A DNA stretch of 64,000 nt from Azolla caroliniana (lineage: Eukaryota; Plantae; Polypodiophyta): contig JBHGNT010000013.1 of the NCBI GenBank assembly GCA_043228905.1, positions 13,330,001 to 13,394,000 of the forward strand, written 5' to 3'. The position numbers were made by a program, and so were the translations under genes. Every line of letters begins with the position of its first letter. Within the stretch, counting starts at the first letter, position 1. The notes under the pieces are model-generated. The model was given only the letters and a program-made list of their open reading frames with translations. It searched no databases and had not been told where the DNA came from. Shown in pieces: positions 24,975 to 38,920 of the stretch.

Positions 24975-26890
24975 ATGAATGATTTGAAGATGAGAGATGG
25001 TTCTGGTGCAGAAGAGAAGGTAGGCTTCAAAGTATAGCATAATCTTCCTCTTAAGCTTTCATAAACTTGACATTTTTCTGCCATTAAGGTTTCTGTTTTT
25101 CATAAGAAAGAGTGTCTTTTCTTATGTTCAGAAATAAGATTTACTGATGGGAAGGTAAGATAAGATTCAAACACAAAGCTCCATCTTTAATTTAACATTG
25201 CTAACGACAGGTGTATGTTTTATGGGTAAGTGTATTTTTTTCATATGGTCTATGGAACTGCTGGGGAATAGAAGGAGCCATTCCAATATAGCTAAATCTT
25301 CTTTACCAAACGCTACTAAACAGTACATTCATTTGAATTTATCATGCCATTCATTAGCATTTTCTAGCATATATGTCTGGAGCAGGGTGTTCCATACATT
25401 CAGAGATGGTAAATTGTATGTAAGTTATAAAGACAAAGCGTAATTTTCAGCTAGCATTGATAGGAACAACATTTAAGATCTTATTATCCAAATAATTAAT
25501 GTTTCTTTCTAGTTGCTTGCATTTGCCTTAGATATGAATGAGCGTAATTTAGCATATAGTTAGAGATGATACTAGTACAAAGTGAAGGTAATACTTGAAT
25601 ACAGATTCTAATTCGTCATTTCTAAAGAAAATTTCTATCTGTTACATCATATGGAAAGGGTTTATACACAAACTCAATCGTTTATTCAGTGCTCCTTATT
25701 ATGAATGTGTGATTTCGTTTATCCCAAATTCAACTCTTAACAGCACCTGCCTTTGATAGTTTCTTTTTTATATACCAAATTGAAGTAGCATCTTATTGAG
25801 ATGAAGAGTATTTCATATTATCGTAGATGCTGCTAGTGGGAAGATGAGATAGGCTTCAATAGAAAGTCTATATTTGGTTTAAACTTGCTCATTGGAATGT
25901 TTTAACTCTTTTTAACCAAGCCATTGACAGTTTTTAGTTCCTGGAGTTCATAAATTAATGATTATAGGCAGCACTATATTATATTCAAAAACATTTTTGT
26001 TAATCTTTGGTCAAGCTTTTTTAGTTCATGAAATAATAAATAAAATGATCAGAGTATGCCAAAAATTTGGGAATTCTTTAAACGTCTATATTTTTGTGTA
26101 CCATTTTGTTCCTTCTGTAAATAGTTGCAACTGACAAGGTCAAAATTCAACATCTACCTGTTGTGCAAGATATCTTGTATCCAAGTTGAGATTCTACCCA
26201 TCACCATGATGAATTACAGAGGAGAAAATTGAAAAAACAATGTTATGAACTTGTCTTTTACCACGTTGAGATTCTACACTTCATCATGATGAATGAGTTA
26301 CAGAGGAGAAAAGAGAAAAAACAAAGTTTTGAACTTGTATTTATGAATGAGGAAAGAGAATAGAGAAAAGAGAAGAGAGAAAGATAAGCAGGATTAGTAG
26401 ACTGTGAAGGTTGAATGATGAAAACAAACGAGAAAGATCTGGAGAAAATTTTGGGAAGAAAGATAAGATTCAAAAAGTCAAATTGGGGAAAAAGCTAGGT
26501 TCTTTTACCTTTCCTTTCATATTGTATAGTTAGAGAACCAACCTTATTAATTTTTAATCTTATGATGTCAATTTTACAATTTCTGAGAAAATAAGCATCC
26601 ATATTTTGAGCTATATGTATGCAGAAACCAATCATTTAACCGTTTACTTTGCTGTTTTACAGTGTGAATGACCCTGAGAGGCATGAAACATGACTCTGAA
26701 ACCTAGATTGACCAAAGTTTCTAATGTATTGGATGTGTACTTATGTATATATATATATATATATATATGTATACAACCAATCATTTAACCGTTTACTTTG
26801 CTGTTTTACAGTGTGAATGACCCTGAGAGGCATGAAACATGACTCTGAAACCTAGATTGACCAAAGTTTCTAATGTATTGGATGTGTACT

Positions 26891-26947
<57 letters not shown>

Positions 26948-29900
26948 ACATATATATTGCTTCCAGAGGTACATAACAATTCAGAGTGAACATTGTTTTT
27001 CAATTAATCTTTACTCAATATTTTATTGGAATTATTTACCACCGGAATCCTGATATTTAAAAGTTTTCTATGCTGAAACATCCTAAACATCAAAAGTCAA
27101 CTTGAGGAAGAATGAACACATATGCTGAATGTTTCTTTGAGAAACGTTATCCTAAAGGCAACAAACTTGATGGATTGGAAGAAAGCTGAAGAAAAGATAC
27201 TTGAGATTAATATCCTGCATCATCATCTTACTGATGATTTTTAGCATGTTTTTGTAATTCTGAATGTCCTTGAGAATGGGTGTCCAAATATCTATTCATG
27301 CATAAATTTCCACACCTCTCGCATTTTGTTACTTAATGTACAATGTATATTCCATAGAAGATTTTCATAACACTTAAAAAATTGAATAAACATGTTTGAT
27401 CATGTTTTTGAAAAAAGTTGGTGGCTAGTGCGTCATGTGATTCTCAATAGTGGGCTATGTTTTGGAGTATATTCTTTTTTCACATCAATTAGGTAATGCA
27501 GGAGATGGAAACAGCTGTTGTTGATGGCAATGGAGCTGATACGGGTCATATAATTGTAACTACTATTGGTGGAAAAAATGGACAACCCAAGCAAGTAAGT
27601 TCATTTTTCTCCTATATTTGCCCTGAAGATAAAATTGCTAGGCATCCTCTTTGATGCTGACTATATCCGATATCTTCTATTGTGCCATCAGACAATAAGC
27701 TACATGGCAGAGTGTGTGGTTGGCACAGGTTCCTTTGGTGTTGTCTTCCAGGTGGGTACCCATTTTATAATTGTGATGAGAATATATCTTTCGTTTCTGT
27801 GTACCCTACCCTATTTAACTATCATTTCTTCCTTCTATTTATTTCCTTGTACAGGGCAAGTGCTTGGAGACTGGGGAAATAGTTGCCATAAAAAAAGTAC
27901 TTCAAGATAAAAGATATAAGAACAGAGAATTGCAAATTCTACGCCTTCTTGATCATCCCAATATTGTTTCTTTAAAGCATTGCTTTTACTCATCAACAGA
28001 GAGGGATGAAGTTTATTTAAATCTAGTTCAAGAGTATGTCCCAGAAACAGTCTACCGAGTAGCCAAGAACTATAATCGGATGAACCAAAGAATACCTTTG
28101 ATACTCGTAAAGCTTTATACTTATCAGGTGAGGCTGGGAGATTTTTAGCATCTCATGAATTTGTTTCTGAACTGTTATGACTGAAAAAATATACAAACAG
28201 ATCTGCAGGGCATTAGCTTATATACATGGAGCTATTGGTGTTTGTCATCGGGACATAAAGCCACAGAACCTCTTGGTAAGACTGTAAGCTTATAAATACT
28301 GTGGATAACTATGCTGTTTGTTGAGGCCAGTTGATCTTTTATGCATACAATTTAATTCTTTTATGTTTAAATGTATGCAAATTAACATTTCATCTTCATA
28401 GGTGAATCCACAAACTCACCAGCTGAAAATATGCGACTTTGGGAGTGCTAAAATCTTGGTGAGCATTAATTATAGAATCTTGGCAAATCGATATTATTTT
28501 GTCATTTTGACATTGATTCATTTATTAATACAGGTGAAAGGTGAAACAAATATTTCCTACATCTGTTCTCGCTACTATCGTGCACCGGAGCTCATTTTTG
28601 GAGCTGTCGAATACACTACTGCCATTGATATATGGTCCGCAGGTTGTGTTATGGCAGAACTCATGCTTGGACAGGTGCTTTCTGGTGCTACATGTCATTT
28701 GATTGGTACTTGTTAAAACTTTAGCTGATGATTTGTCTAAAAGAGATGAATGCAAAACAGCCAATTTTTCCAGGCGAAAATGGAGTCGACCAACTCGTTG
28801 AGATAATCAAGGTCCAGTTACTCTTGTAGTTCAAATATTAGATTCATATGTATTGGCAAATGACATGGGTGGTTTCGTGTTACTTATAAATACATCATGC
28901 CAACAGGTTCTGGGCACTCCAACACGGGAGGAAATAAAATGCATGAATCCCAACTACACAGAGTTCAAGTTTCCTCAAATCAAGGCTCATCCATGGCACA
29001 AGGTGAATATAATTTAGGGGACAATTATGTAAAAATAAGTCCTGTACTATTTATGGAAGTAAGTTTGCAAATTTGTAAGGCTATGCGTATCATTATTGGA
29101 TTCATAGAATTTTATTTTGCCAGTTCATCTGTCACTCTTAACTTCTTATATAATTATGCCATCCACGGTACATAGTTTGGGGTATCCTTGGTGATTAAGT
29201 GGGCATGCATCCAAATATTTGCATCATTGCCAGACTACGTAATGCAGTATCCTCCTGTGCGTGCAGGTTTCTAACTTTATTATATACCCTTCATAGTTGC
29301 CATGTACAAATTTCAACTTTGTTATATAGCTTTCATAGCTCTTCTAGCTAGGATGGTGATTACTTCCATAATCTCTCTCATGTCATATTTATATTTAGTT
29401 TTAGGTGTTGACTTACAAATTTCTTTCCCTAAATTAGCTACATTATATGCAAAAGGATAGTCATAATTTGATTAAATCAAATTTCCTGCAAACCATATAA
29501 AGAAAAACGAAATTCTCAGAAAAATAGAGTTCTAGATCGTTTGTGTGAGTTGTAGCTATCAGCAGAGTCAAGATATCTTCAAATGGCATGCACAGTTCAT
29601 CTAGCTGTTTAGGTTACCGTGTGTCAATGGAAGGAACTACATAATTGAAGATCTAAATTCAGATCAAAGAGGCGATAACCATGCTCAAAAAAAACCTAGC
29701 TTAAAAAGTTTGCTAAGTAGCAGGTTAGAAGTAAATCATATGAAAGGTACAATCATCCGTTGAAGTTTCTTTATGAGTATTGAGACTTGTGGATATACAC
29801 ACCAGAAGTAAGAAGTTCATCTCATATGATGCATGTGTATATCCACATATTAGGGATATATACACCGAAGATGTTGATCAACACTTTTGCTTTTTGTTCT

Positions 29901-30821
29901 TTATAAATTTTCAGGTACCCTAGGTAGTGATATGATAATGTAATATGCGAATAGTTTAGCTCATCTAATGTGTCGATTGCCATTCTGTGGATTTAAAATT
30001 ATGACTTCTTTTCTTGTCCCTTTTGGGAATATCTGATAAAATTGGAATGATACAGTTAAGATTAGCAAGACTCCTGTGCAAGGATGACATGTTCAAATCA
30101 TGAAATCGTCCGAGTTTCTTATGAAATGTTCCTTTTTACATCTTCAAATGGTCAAAATGACCCAACAAAAGTTCTTGTACCTCTTAAAATGAAAGAGAAA
30201 AAAGATTATACCAAAGTACCATTTATTTTCTTATACTCCCATCCTCTGCAGTTAATTCATGTTGGTTATATTCCTCAGTGGATAGTACTATTTTATATCA
30301 TGAACATGGATGCCTGCAGAAAATGTGTCATTCCTGTACTGGCAAATAGAAGGTGCATTTTAATAAAACTATTTATTTCAGATATTCCACAAGAAGATGC
30401 CTCCAGAGTCAGTGGATTTAGTGTCCAGATTGCTGCAATATTCACCAAATCTTCGATTTACTGCGGTGAGCTTTGGCTTGTAGCTAAAATTTTCTGGGTG
30501 TTTTATGATGACATTTCTGAAGTAACCCTTTCTATGCTTATTCAGTTGGAAGCTCTTCTTCATCCATTTTTTGATGAGTTACGTGATCCTAATGCTCGGC
30601 TTCCAAATGGAAAATCTCTTCCACCACTCTTCAACTTCAAGCCACCAGGTGAGCCTTAAGAAGAACATCTTTGTAAAATGTATCTAAGTTGATGAGGGTC
30701 TTATTATTAATAGTTATTGATTGACCATGTCTCAGAGCTTAAAGGTGCCACCCTTGAGATGATACAAAAGCTCATCCCTGAACATGCACGGCGCCAAAAT
30801 CCATTTTTGGGGTTTCAGTAG
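24975..30821 (+). CDS. GSK3: GSK3/SHAGGY-like protein kinase (ASK family), 12 coding exons
   Basis: Exons 24975-25019, 27502-27594, 27692-27751, 27855-28127, 28201-28275, 28402-28458, 28534-28674, 28761-28811, 28907-29002, 30382-30465, 30546-30648, 30736-30821, all GT-AG. Motifs [45 protein letters not shown]. First exon less certain. Confidence 0.95.
26626..26960. repeat. ~150-bp tandem duplication ending in (AT)n, GSK3 intron 1
   Basis: aaccaatcatttaaccg..gtgtacttatgt at 26626 and 26776, near-identical, each followed by (AT)n. Confidence 0.9.
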
Positions 30822-32924
30822 TTCTCGAAAGCTTTGTGATTTTTCAGTGAAACGTATATTATATGCACACTTTTGAAGGCATCATTCCCAAAAATTCCTA
30901 TGGTAATCAGCCGGAGCTGATTATGAGTACTTTGGTTGTATGTCTTATGACAATTCTTAATCAGCAACTTGTGAAAAAGGATCAACTCATGGGATATAAA
31001 TAATTTACATCTGTTGTCTTTTAAGTTGTTTTTTTCATTCTCTCCAAGTTTTGTCTAGCAATATGCCTAGCAAGGGTGAGGTACATTCTTTTGCATCATC
31101 ACTGCTGTTGGTAATAGACTAACTGAACAAACACTACATCATGGTTGAAATGTACTTGGCTACATGTCTTATATGAATGCAGACAGTAGTAGTAATGTAT
31201 CAATTCTTTTATGCATGGATTATGTAATTCTCTTCTTTTCTCTTCTAATGGTGTATTAGCAGACTCAAATTTTGCTCAACTAGTGGTATCTGTTGGAATG
31301 ACATCCTAATAACATCATGTTTCTGCTCATTGTTTTGGTGTCAAATTCATAAAAAGATTTATGGTGTTTGATGAGCCCATAACTGGCTAGGCGTTTTGAT
31401 GTTGTGTCTCATGAAAACATAGTTAAAGCTACCCATTTTTTTATACTTCAAATTCATGTTATTCCTTGAATATTGTATCCCTCATTTTAAATGTCGGAAC
31501 TACATTTAGGGTACGAAGTCACCTCTATAACCATTGTCCTTGATACATCAACCTAACAGGTTTGTTCAAATCGGCCAAGTATTTGTATTTAATTTAAGAG
31601 ACCACACTAGGTCAATGTATATTAGATGAGGCCAAGATGGATTGAGTATGCAATTTATGCATTTCTAATGTATGCATGAATGCAAGCAAAGACTGCTAGA
31701 TAATGAAAAGGTGTGGTTGATGACTAGATTTCACAATAGTATGGCAAGTTAATAAAAAGAGCTTTCTTTGCCAGTTCATATTTTAAAAGGAGAATGTGCT
31801 CCAAACTTGCTACGTTGAATTCCTACTACTACATATCCCTAGAAGTAGTCTCGTCTGTATTCCAGAGCACATAAAAGTATGAAACATGTATTGCAATCAA
31901 ACAGGTAGTGGACGTTTGAGAAGGTTGTGACATTAGTAAATAGTGATATTAAAATTTGAGTCATTTTAACAAAAGAACCACACTGGGAGGGGCCTCGGTA
32001 GCTAAATTTTTCATTCTCTATAGTTCCTATAACGTTGAGGATGTTCTGGCATTGTTTGCATTCTCTAACATGTGGCATTGTTTGTTTTGAGCCTTTGACA
32101 CTCAGTTTTAAGCTCCAAACAGGCTGCAAATAAAAGCTACTAGATTTTGCTGAAGTAGTGCAGTAAAGTACTTTGATCAATAAGAACTCATAGCATAGCA
32201 ACACATGGCCAGCTACATAAAATCTTGTTTTAGTTGGGACTTTCAGAATAACCACAAATATACATAAAAAACTATGCAGCCAGCCAGATATTTGTTTTAA
32301 CCGTGACTAGTAGAAATGTATAGAATCCATGGAGTGTTGACATGAAATCCATTCTCACAGAGCAGAAAGATTTCAAAACGAATTTATATGAGGTCTTTTT
32401 GTAAAGAAACTCCAGGAAGCATGTTCCTTGGACCGCATTGTGATTCATTCAGAATGGGGGCTTGTATCCATGAGCTGCATCCAATCTGATTTATATATGG
32501 ATGAGTTCGCAATTGAGATGTCAGTGTAACCATGATCTAGTAACAGTAAAAAAAGAAATATTTCTCTGAAATTCTTCACATCCAACACATGCAAAGGTCA
32601 ACACAGAAAACTCTTCATTTGGAGTTTCCGCATTCATCCATCCAACACACTCAAATCTTCCAAACAAACCTCTTCCTCTGGATTCTTCACATCATCCTAA
32701 CACATCCAAATCTCCAAGCTCAAAGAAAAAGGAGAAGGAAAACTCAAATAGTCAATCCATGATGTGTTAGTAAATATTATATGCTTCATTCATGGTACAA
32801 TCCGAGCTGAAGACAGCTATTCTATGCCGGCTGTTAAAAGATTTGGTATAATGTTTTTGGCTATTTGCATTGAAAACAAATACTTACAAAGGCTAGAGAA
32901 GCAAAGCAAAGATGGATGAAAACC

Positions 32925-33506
32925 TCATCGTGATGATCCTCTAAGGACTTGATCGGGAGTCAAGAGTGGGCTTTCAAGTTGATAGAGGTTGAGTGCAGGT
33001 CCGATGAAGCGGAATGCGATCCAACCTCCGATGATTATGAAGATGGAGGCATATGCAAGCTTATTGAGCCAGAATAGGGCCCCTCTCTCACCTACATAGA
33101 GCTCCACTGCCTTCTCTGAGAGGCTCATGGTCTCCCAATCCTTAGGAGGGGGTTTGGATTGAAGAGCTCTCCCATCTCTCTCTCTTTCTCTCCCTCTCTC
33201 TTTCTTGCTTCGCCGCCTTTTCCCAAGCTTTTGCTCGAGTTCTTCCACTGAAAGGTTGGATATTATTCTCTCTTGTTCCCTGCGTTCTTCTCCTCCTCCT
33301 CCTTCTCCTTCTCCTTCTCCTTCTTCTTGACGCGCAAAGGCTCGTACCATGAGTGGCGATTGGCAGTATTTGAACCTGCGACAGAAGTGACGTGGGGAAG
33401 AGAGAGGAAGAAGAACTCCACGATGAGAAACGAACGAAGATGATGAGGAAGAAGAATGGGGCAGCAGCTTCACAAAGGTTGAGAAGCTGGAGCTCGCCAT
33501 ATCCAT
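32925..33506 (-). CDS. CRR9: Intronless plastid-targeted protein, CRR9-like (NDH subcomplex A assembly factor)
   Basis: Ser-rich transit-peptide-like N terminus; C-terminal block WETMSLSEKAVELYVGERGALFWLNKLAYASIFIIIGGWIAFRFIGPALNLYQL resembles Arabidopsis CRR9 from memory. Gene is solid; the symbol is less certain. Confidence 0.7.
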   Translation of the reverse strand: MDMASSSFSTFVKLLPHSSSSSSSFVSHRGVLLPLSSPRHFCRRFKYCQSPLMVRAFARQEEGEGEGEGGGGEERREQERIISNLSVEELEQKLGKRRRSKKERGRERERDGRALQSKPPPKDWETMSLSEKAVELYVGERGALFWLNKLAYASIFIIIGGWIAFRFIGPALNLYQLESPLLTPDQVLRGSSR

Positions 33507-34805
33507 ATCCTTCTCTGCTCTGCTCTGCTCTGCTCTGTTCTGTCTTCTACATATTTCCCTTATCTCCAGTAGTTCCTCTCATTTTCAGCTTTAAATCCCA
33601 TTTTGTGCTTTATTACAAAACTATGCCTCTCCGTATAACAAACAGCACACATCACACTTCACTTCAGAGGTAGGTCTGAACTTTATGCTTTTAAGGAAAG
33701 CAATTCCTCCTCTCACATTCTGAGAAGGCATACAAAGCTACTTACTATCCATATGCTATAAGGAAAGCAATTCCTCCTCTCACATTCTGAGAAGGGATAC
33801 AAAGCAACTAGCTATACAGGACTCTCATCATCAACTTTTGACTATAAAACTTTGTTGACGATTCTCACAAGTCCAGATCAATCTGGTAACTGCCTCCCAA
33901 ATATGGGTTGTTTCACTTTGAACAACTATGCATGAAATGTGCTTTCTACCTTCTTCCATATTCTGTTTTCTATACCTTTATCCCTAACATGTCCATCTTC
34001 TTGTTCCCCTTGTGTAGTAGTCAACGCAGCCTTTTTTCGAATAGGGTATTGGTTTCTCTCTATATCTGTTCTATCAATGCATCATTTTATTAGCACTCTT
34101 TGGTATGTGTTTTTTTTTGGCAACATACATCATTTTCTCTAACAAAAAAATCTAATGCGTCTGCGATTTCCCATCTATTGGATAAGCGATTTCCCATCTA
34201 TTGGATAAACCTAAGGTGCGCAACTCATTAAATGGCTGTTATGAAACAATGAGTTGGCATGTTTTATTTTGCTCTAGTCCTGTACATATAGACCCTTTCT
34301 AGAGCTATCACCTTGATTATCCTTCTTCCTACCAAATCAAGAACTGACCAACAAATACATAATGAATCACAAAGCAGCTCCACTCTCAAATATCTGTTTG
34401 CAACTTGTAAATCATGTGTTTAGGTAAACAATATTTTGCTTCTCTCCGTATCCCCCAATACAAAACATGTGCCACACAACCCTCGATAGATAATGCAACG
34501 ACTCAAGTGCCACAAAAACAATAAGAACTAATGAATATTAGGGTTTCACCAATGTTAGTAAATGTCATGAATTACTCGAGTTCACATTCATAAAAATCAG
34601 GGTAACAGGAAAATGAAAACGTTACATTTGCCTTGTGTGTCAACAAATTACATCTAGGTTTTTATTATATTTGCTTAAAACTATGCAGAAAACACACACA
34701 TGTATTGCAGTAAACAAGGTAAGCATGTAGCATAAGATGCCCATGTCCTTTTGCTTGTGGACCTTTGTAATGCAAAACTAATATTAGTATTTGTAGATAT
34801 GGAAG

Positions 34806-37800
34806 TCAAAAACGTGGTGGTTCCTCAAGGCGTAGATAATCGTACATGACTCCAGTAAAGATACTTGTTGCCTTTCTTTGTGTTAAATAGAGTACATTCT
34901 CCCCATCCTGAAGTAGTTTTGGAGGTACATCAACACTGAATAGATGATATAAACCGTGAATTCCATGCCTTGCAATCGCATTGTCTTTCCCAATTTGCAT
35001 GGTATCAAAGAGGGGCCTATATACACTTGGATCATTGAATCTAACCTGTCCATTCAAAAGCAAAAACGAGAGATGAGGTCGGTAAATCCACAAGTCATCT
35101 TGACCTTGGTCTTGTCACCCTTGTGATCAAGGCCATTATCACCCCGACACCAAAGGTGCTGTCCTCACTTTGGAGACCTATCCATGTTGGCCCGGCTCAT
35201 GCTGGAGATCTTTCGCGGGCAAAATTTTAAGATCTTAAATTTACATGCTTAGCTATCAGGAATATCAGGAGAATGGAATTTGGATATTATGAGCAGTTTT
35301 ACAAATTCATTTATATTTATTTCGGTTTTGTTGTTTTCCAGAATGAGAACTATTTCAGAAGTAATAACTTGTTATGTCTCATAGGTCATTGTGGCCTCTG
35401 ATGTTATTTTTCTTTTCTTTCTCATAGGAACTTCAGCGAGGGTTCCTTACAACAAGCCATCGATACTTGAGATTTTTATCACAGTGAATTGAGCTAAAGA
35501 GTTAAAATTTTATTGATATCATTAGATAGCTATCAACCATAGACAATGTGACTCTAGAGTCCTATTACCCTCATTTGAATGATTCTACTGTCCAGCTGCT
35601 CAGCATAAAAGTCCTGTCTCTGCATTTCATTGAGCCCCCCATGAGTGAGAATCATAAGAAAACATCTAGTAAAGAATGTATTGTCCATTGCATGATGGTT
35701 TCCATAACAGAATCATCTTTGATATAATAATATACTTTGCTGCTATTATGTCACCCATCCGGTATCTTGACAGATGCACCATACAAAATATGTGGGTGAA
35801 GCATGAAATCATACAGAGGCCATTCTATGTCACCCATCTGGTATCTTGACAGGTCTGCATTTTATGCACTTTGTATTTGAGGCCATTCTCATGAATTTCC
35901 TTACTGATTGCACTTAATGAATGATTATGCAATGAAAGTATACCTGGATGGCAGCATTACTAGCTGCAGCTAAAGATAACTGAAGTTTGTAGTTCCCTGT
36001 CAATATGACTTCATCCAGCAAAAATTTAACTTGCCAGGTGGTAGGTAGCAAAGTCCCATCTTCACAGATTCTGCAGTATTTCAGGATATCTTATATGAAA
36101 TAAAATAGACACTGCTAGAATAATAAATTATAAACAACAAAATCATTCACATATAAAACAATTCATATTTTGACATGCTGGTTGGTCCTACACAACTTTC
36201 AACGTGGTCTCACTTAATCATATCATGCATAGTATAAAGGTCATACTCTTTGCTTTTATCCTTGAGTATTGCACAGTATAGAATTACATTTTCTTGGGGG
36301 AAACTACTAAATAAAAACACATTTCTTTCATACCTGCATACATGTGCAAAAAACCAATCTCTTCTCCAATCACTAACTCCTACAGTATAGATAAGATCTG
36401 TAGTCGGATACAACTCAGTGTACCTTTCCCACAGTCCATATTGTCGATACCTGCAACAAAGAATGTTTTGATGAGCTTTTATTTTTTTAAAGAGATTACA
36501 GAACTATCAAACAAATATTCTAGGGCCCCATGTTTACCGTTCAGGATGGTTCACGAAAAGCTTGTTTACATAGTTTGGATTAGGTTCAGGGATGAAGAAC
36601 TCTGATGCAGTACGATCTGGGATCCCAATTTCCCAGCTTGTTTTGCCTTGTCTAGGTGGGTGGAAAGTGATTTCACCCAGATTTACATCCAAACCTAGAT
36701 AGCCAATTTCCGAATAGACCACCAAATATGTGATGAATTTATACAATGACCAAATATGTAAACAAATGGAATGGAATGGATGGCCATGGCACAAATTATA
36801 TGTAGGGTAAAATGAGGTTATGCTTAGAGATGAAATATAAACCTGGAGAAATTATCACAGCTGTTTCCAATTTATAATCCCCAAGCACACCAGGTACCCA
36901 ACCATAAAGATGATATTCACCCATTCGAATGCCCCGTATATCGAAGAAACCCTCAGCATCTGCTTGTGCCCAAAATTGATAACCCTATGAACAAAATCAC
37001 TTAGAAAATACATTCATAAGGTAGCAAGTATTGAGAAATACCAAGGCACATCTTTACCACTTTTATATACTTTCTGAGACCAGAACTGGCTAAAACAACA
37101 GCTTCTGGATTGATTAATTAAATGTTGATAGCACATATGTTGATATTAAAAGAGGACAGGCATACTTTTCATTTTCTTAGGATGCACATCCTGCTACACC
37201 ACATGCACGTCTTGTAATGAATCTTTGTAATACATATCCATCCACACATCCTCTATTATTTGTGGAGTCCTACAGAAATGGCAGCATCGCCAAATTCAAG
37301 CTTGCAAGCAGGAGTTCCATCTTTTTACTTGATGAATACTTAAAGAGTCACAAATGAAATTGTGCACATGTGCAGTTCTGAGAGCCACAAACTAAATTGT
37401 GGCTATTTCATACACTTGTCACAAGGACAGTGGTTGGAACAATTTGGATTGCCCTTTGTTGTGATGAGTCAAGACTGATTGCATGATAAGGAGCAAAGCA
37501 TTGGGTTCCCCATGATATAATTTTGGCGGAGATGGAGCATCCCCAATAATTGCTGAGGCATTATTCCGATCATTGATCAATATCCAAGGGATTTGGGAAC
37601 TCTCTAAATGAAGGTACTCAAGGTTGGCGATTATGCCATCAAAACAACTTGGTGAAAAAGGAGATAACCATTGTTGGTATGTTGAAACACAATGGTTTGT
37701 GTCACATGGCATAAGCATAACTGGACAACCCCCATTCGAATATATAGCTTGGATAGTCACCATCTGAACATGACCAAAGTGGAAAAAATTGAGTGATCCA

Positions 37801-38858
37801 AACTTATATTATCAAATTCAATAAAGGAAGAATATGGATCAGCTCCGCTACAACTCTTGGTAGGAAAAAGGCCCACTATAAGCCTTTTTATACACATCGG
37901 AGTATGGAATCATCATGAGACCCTCTTATATGGACATACATCTATGCTGTGCTTTATGATAGGGTAACTGCGGATCTCTTCATATCTATCCCAAAATTGC
38001 ACGCACACCTCTTGAAGAAAGAATCTGCCACTGTATAGTTTTTTATGAAATAAGAGGGAGATATTATTGCGTCTTTAACCAAGGCTTTGACCCAATATGC
38101 AAGATCATGGAGTATGTGGACGAAAGGTGCTTGGGGCTGTTCTTGCTAGAACTCAAGATACATGGGGAGAAGTTGTTGAAGAACAATACAACCACACACA
38201 CCTCTCAAAGAAAGAATCTGCCACTGTATAGCTTTTTATGAAATAAGAAGGAGATATTATTGCCTCTTTAACCAACGCTTTGACCCAATATGCAAGATCA
38301 TGGAGTATGTGGACGAAAGGTGCCTGGGGCTGTTCTTGCTAAAACTCAAGATACATGGGGAGAAGTTGTTGAAGAACAATACAACCACACAATCTCAGAA
38401 ACAAAGAACAAAAACAAATTACTTTAGCCCCATAACTCCTGCTCATGCTTCAAGTCAATCATGGACTGCACAAGTGGGATCCCAACTAGGACCTTGCAAA
38501 GGGGTTACAATAGATTGGGCTATATCAATTTGTCGTACAGGTAGGCAATTTTTAGTAAGCATGGCACCATCCTTGTCATTGACAAATAAAGGCCATTATC
38601 CCCATCATTGCCTTGCTTCGAAGATGTCTCCATCCTGGATCAGCCCATGCTACAGATATTTCGGAGAGACAAAATTACAATCTATTGGTGTGAAAATCTT
38701 ACATGCATTGATAATGGGATTCTTTAGACTTTTTTACTTTTTTTACTCGGTTACATATATTTTAGTTTGTTATTCTTAAAGACGAGACAACATTTTAAGA
38801 TGTAATCTCTTGTTTGGTCTTATAGACTATTTTGGCCTCTTCAAAGACCTTAATATAG

Positions 38859-38920
<62 letters not shown>

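Noticed and set aside
30084-30659. 191-aa standalone ORF
   Set aside because: Intron read-through ending in a GSK3 exon.
37419-37763. 114-aa nested gene in lyase intron
   Set aside because: Looks like a decayed L1-type fragment; too degenerate to call.
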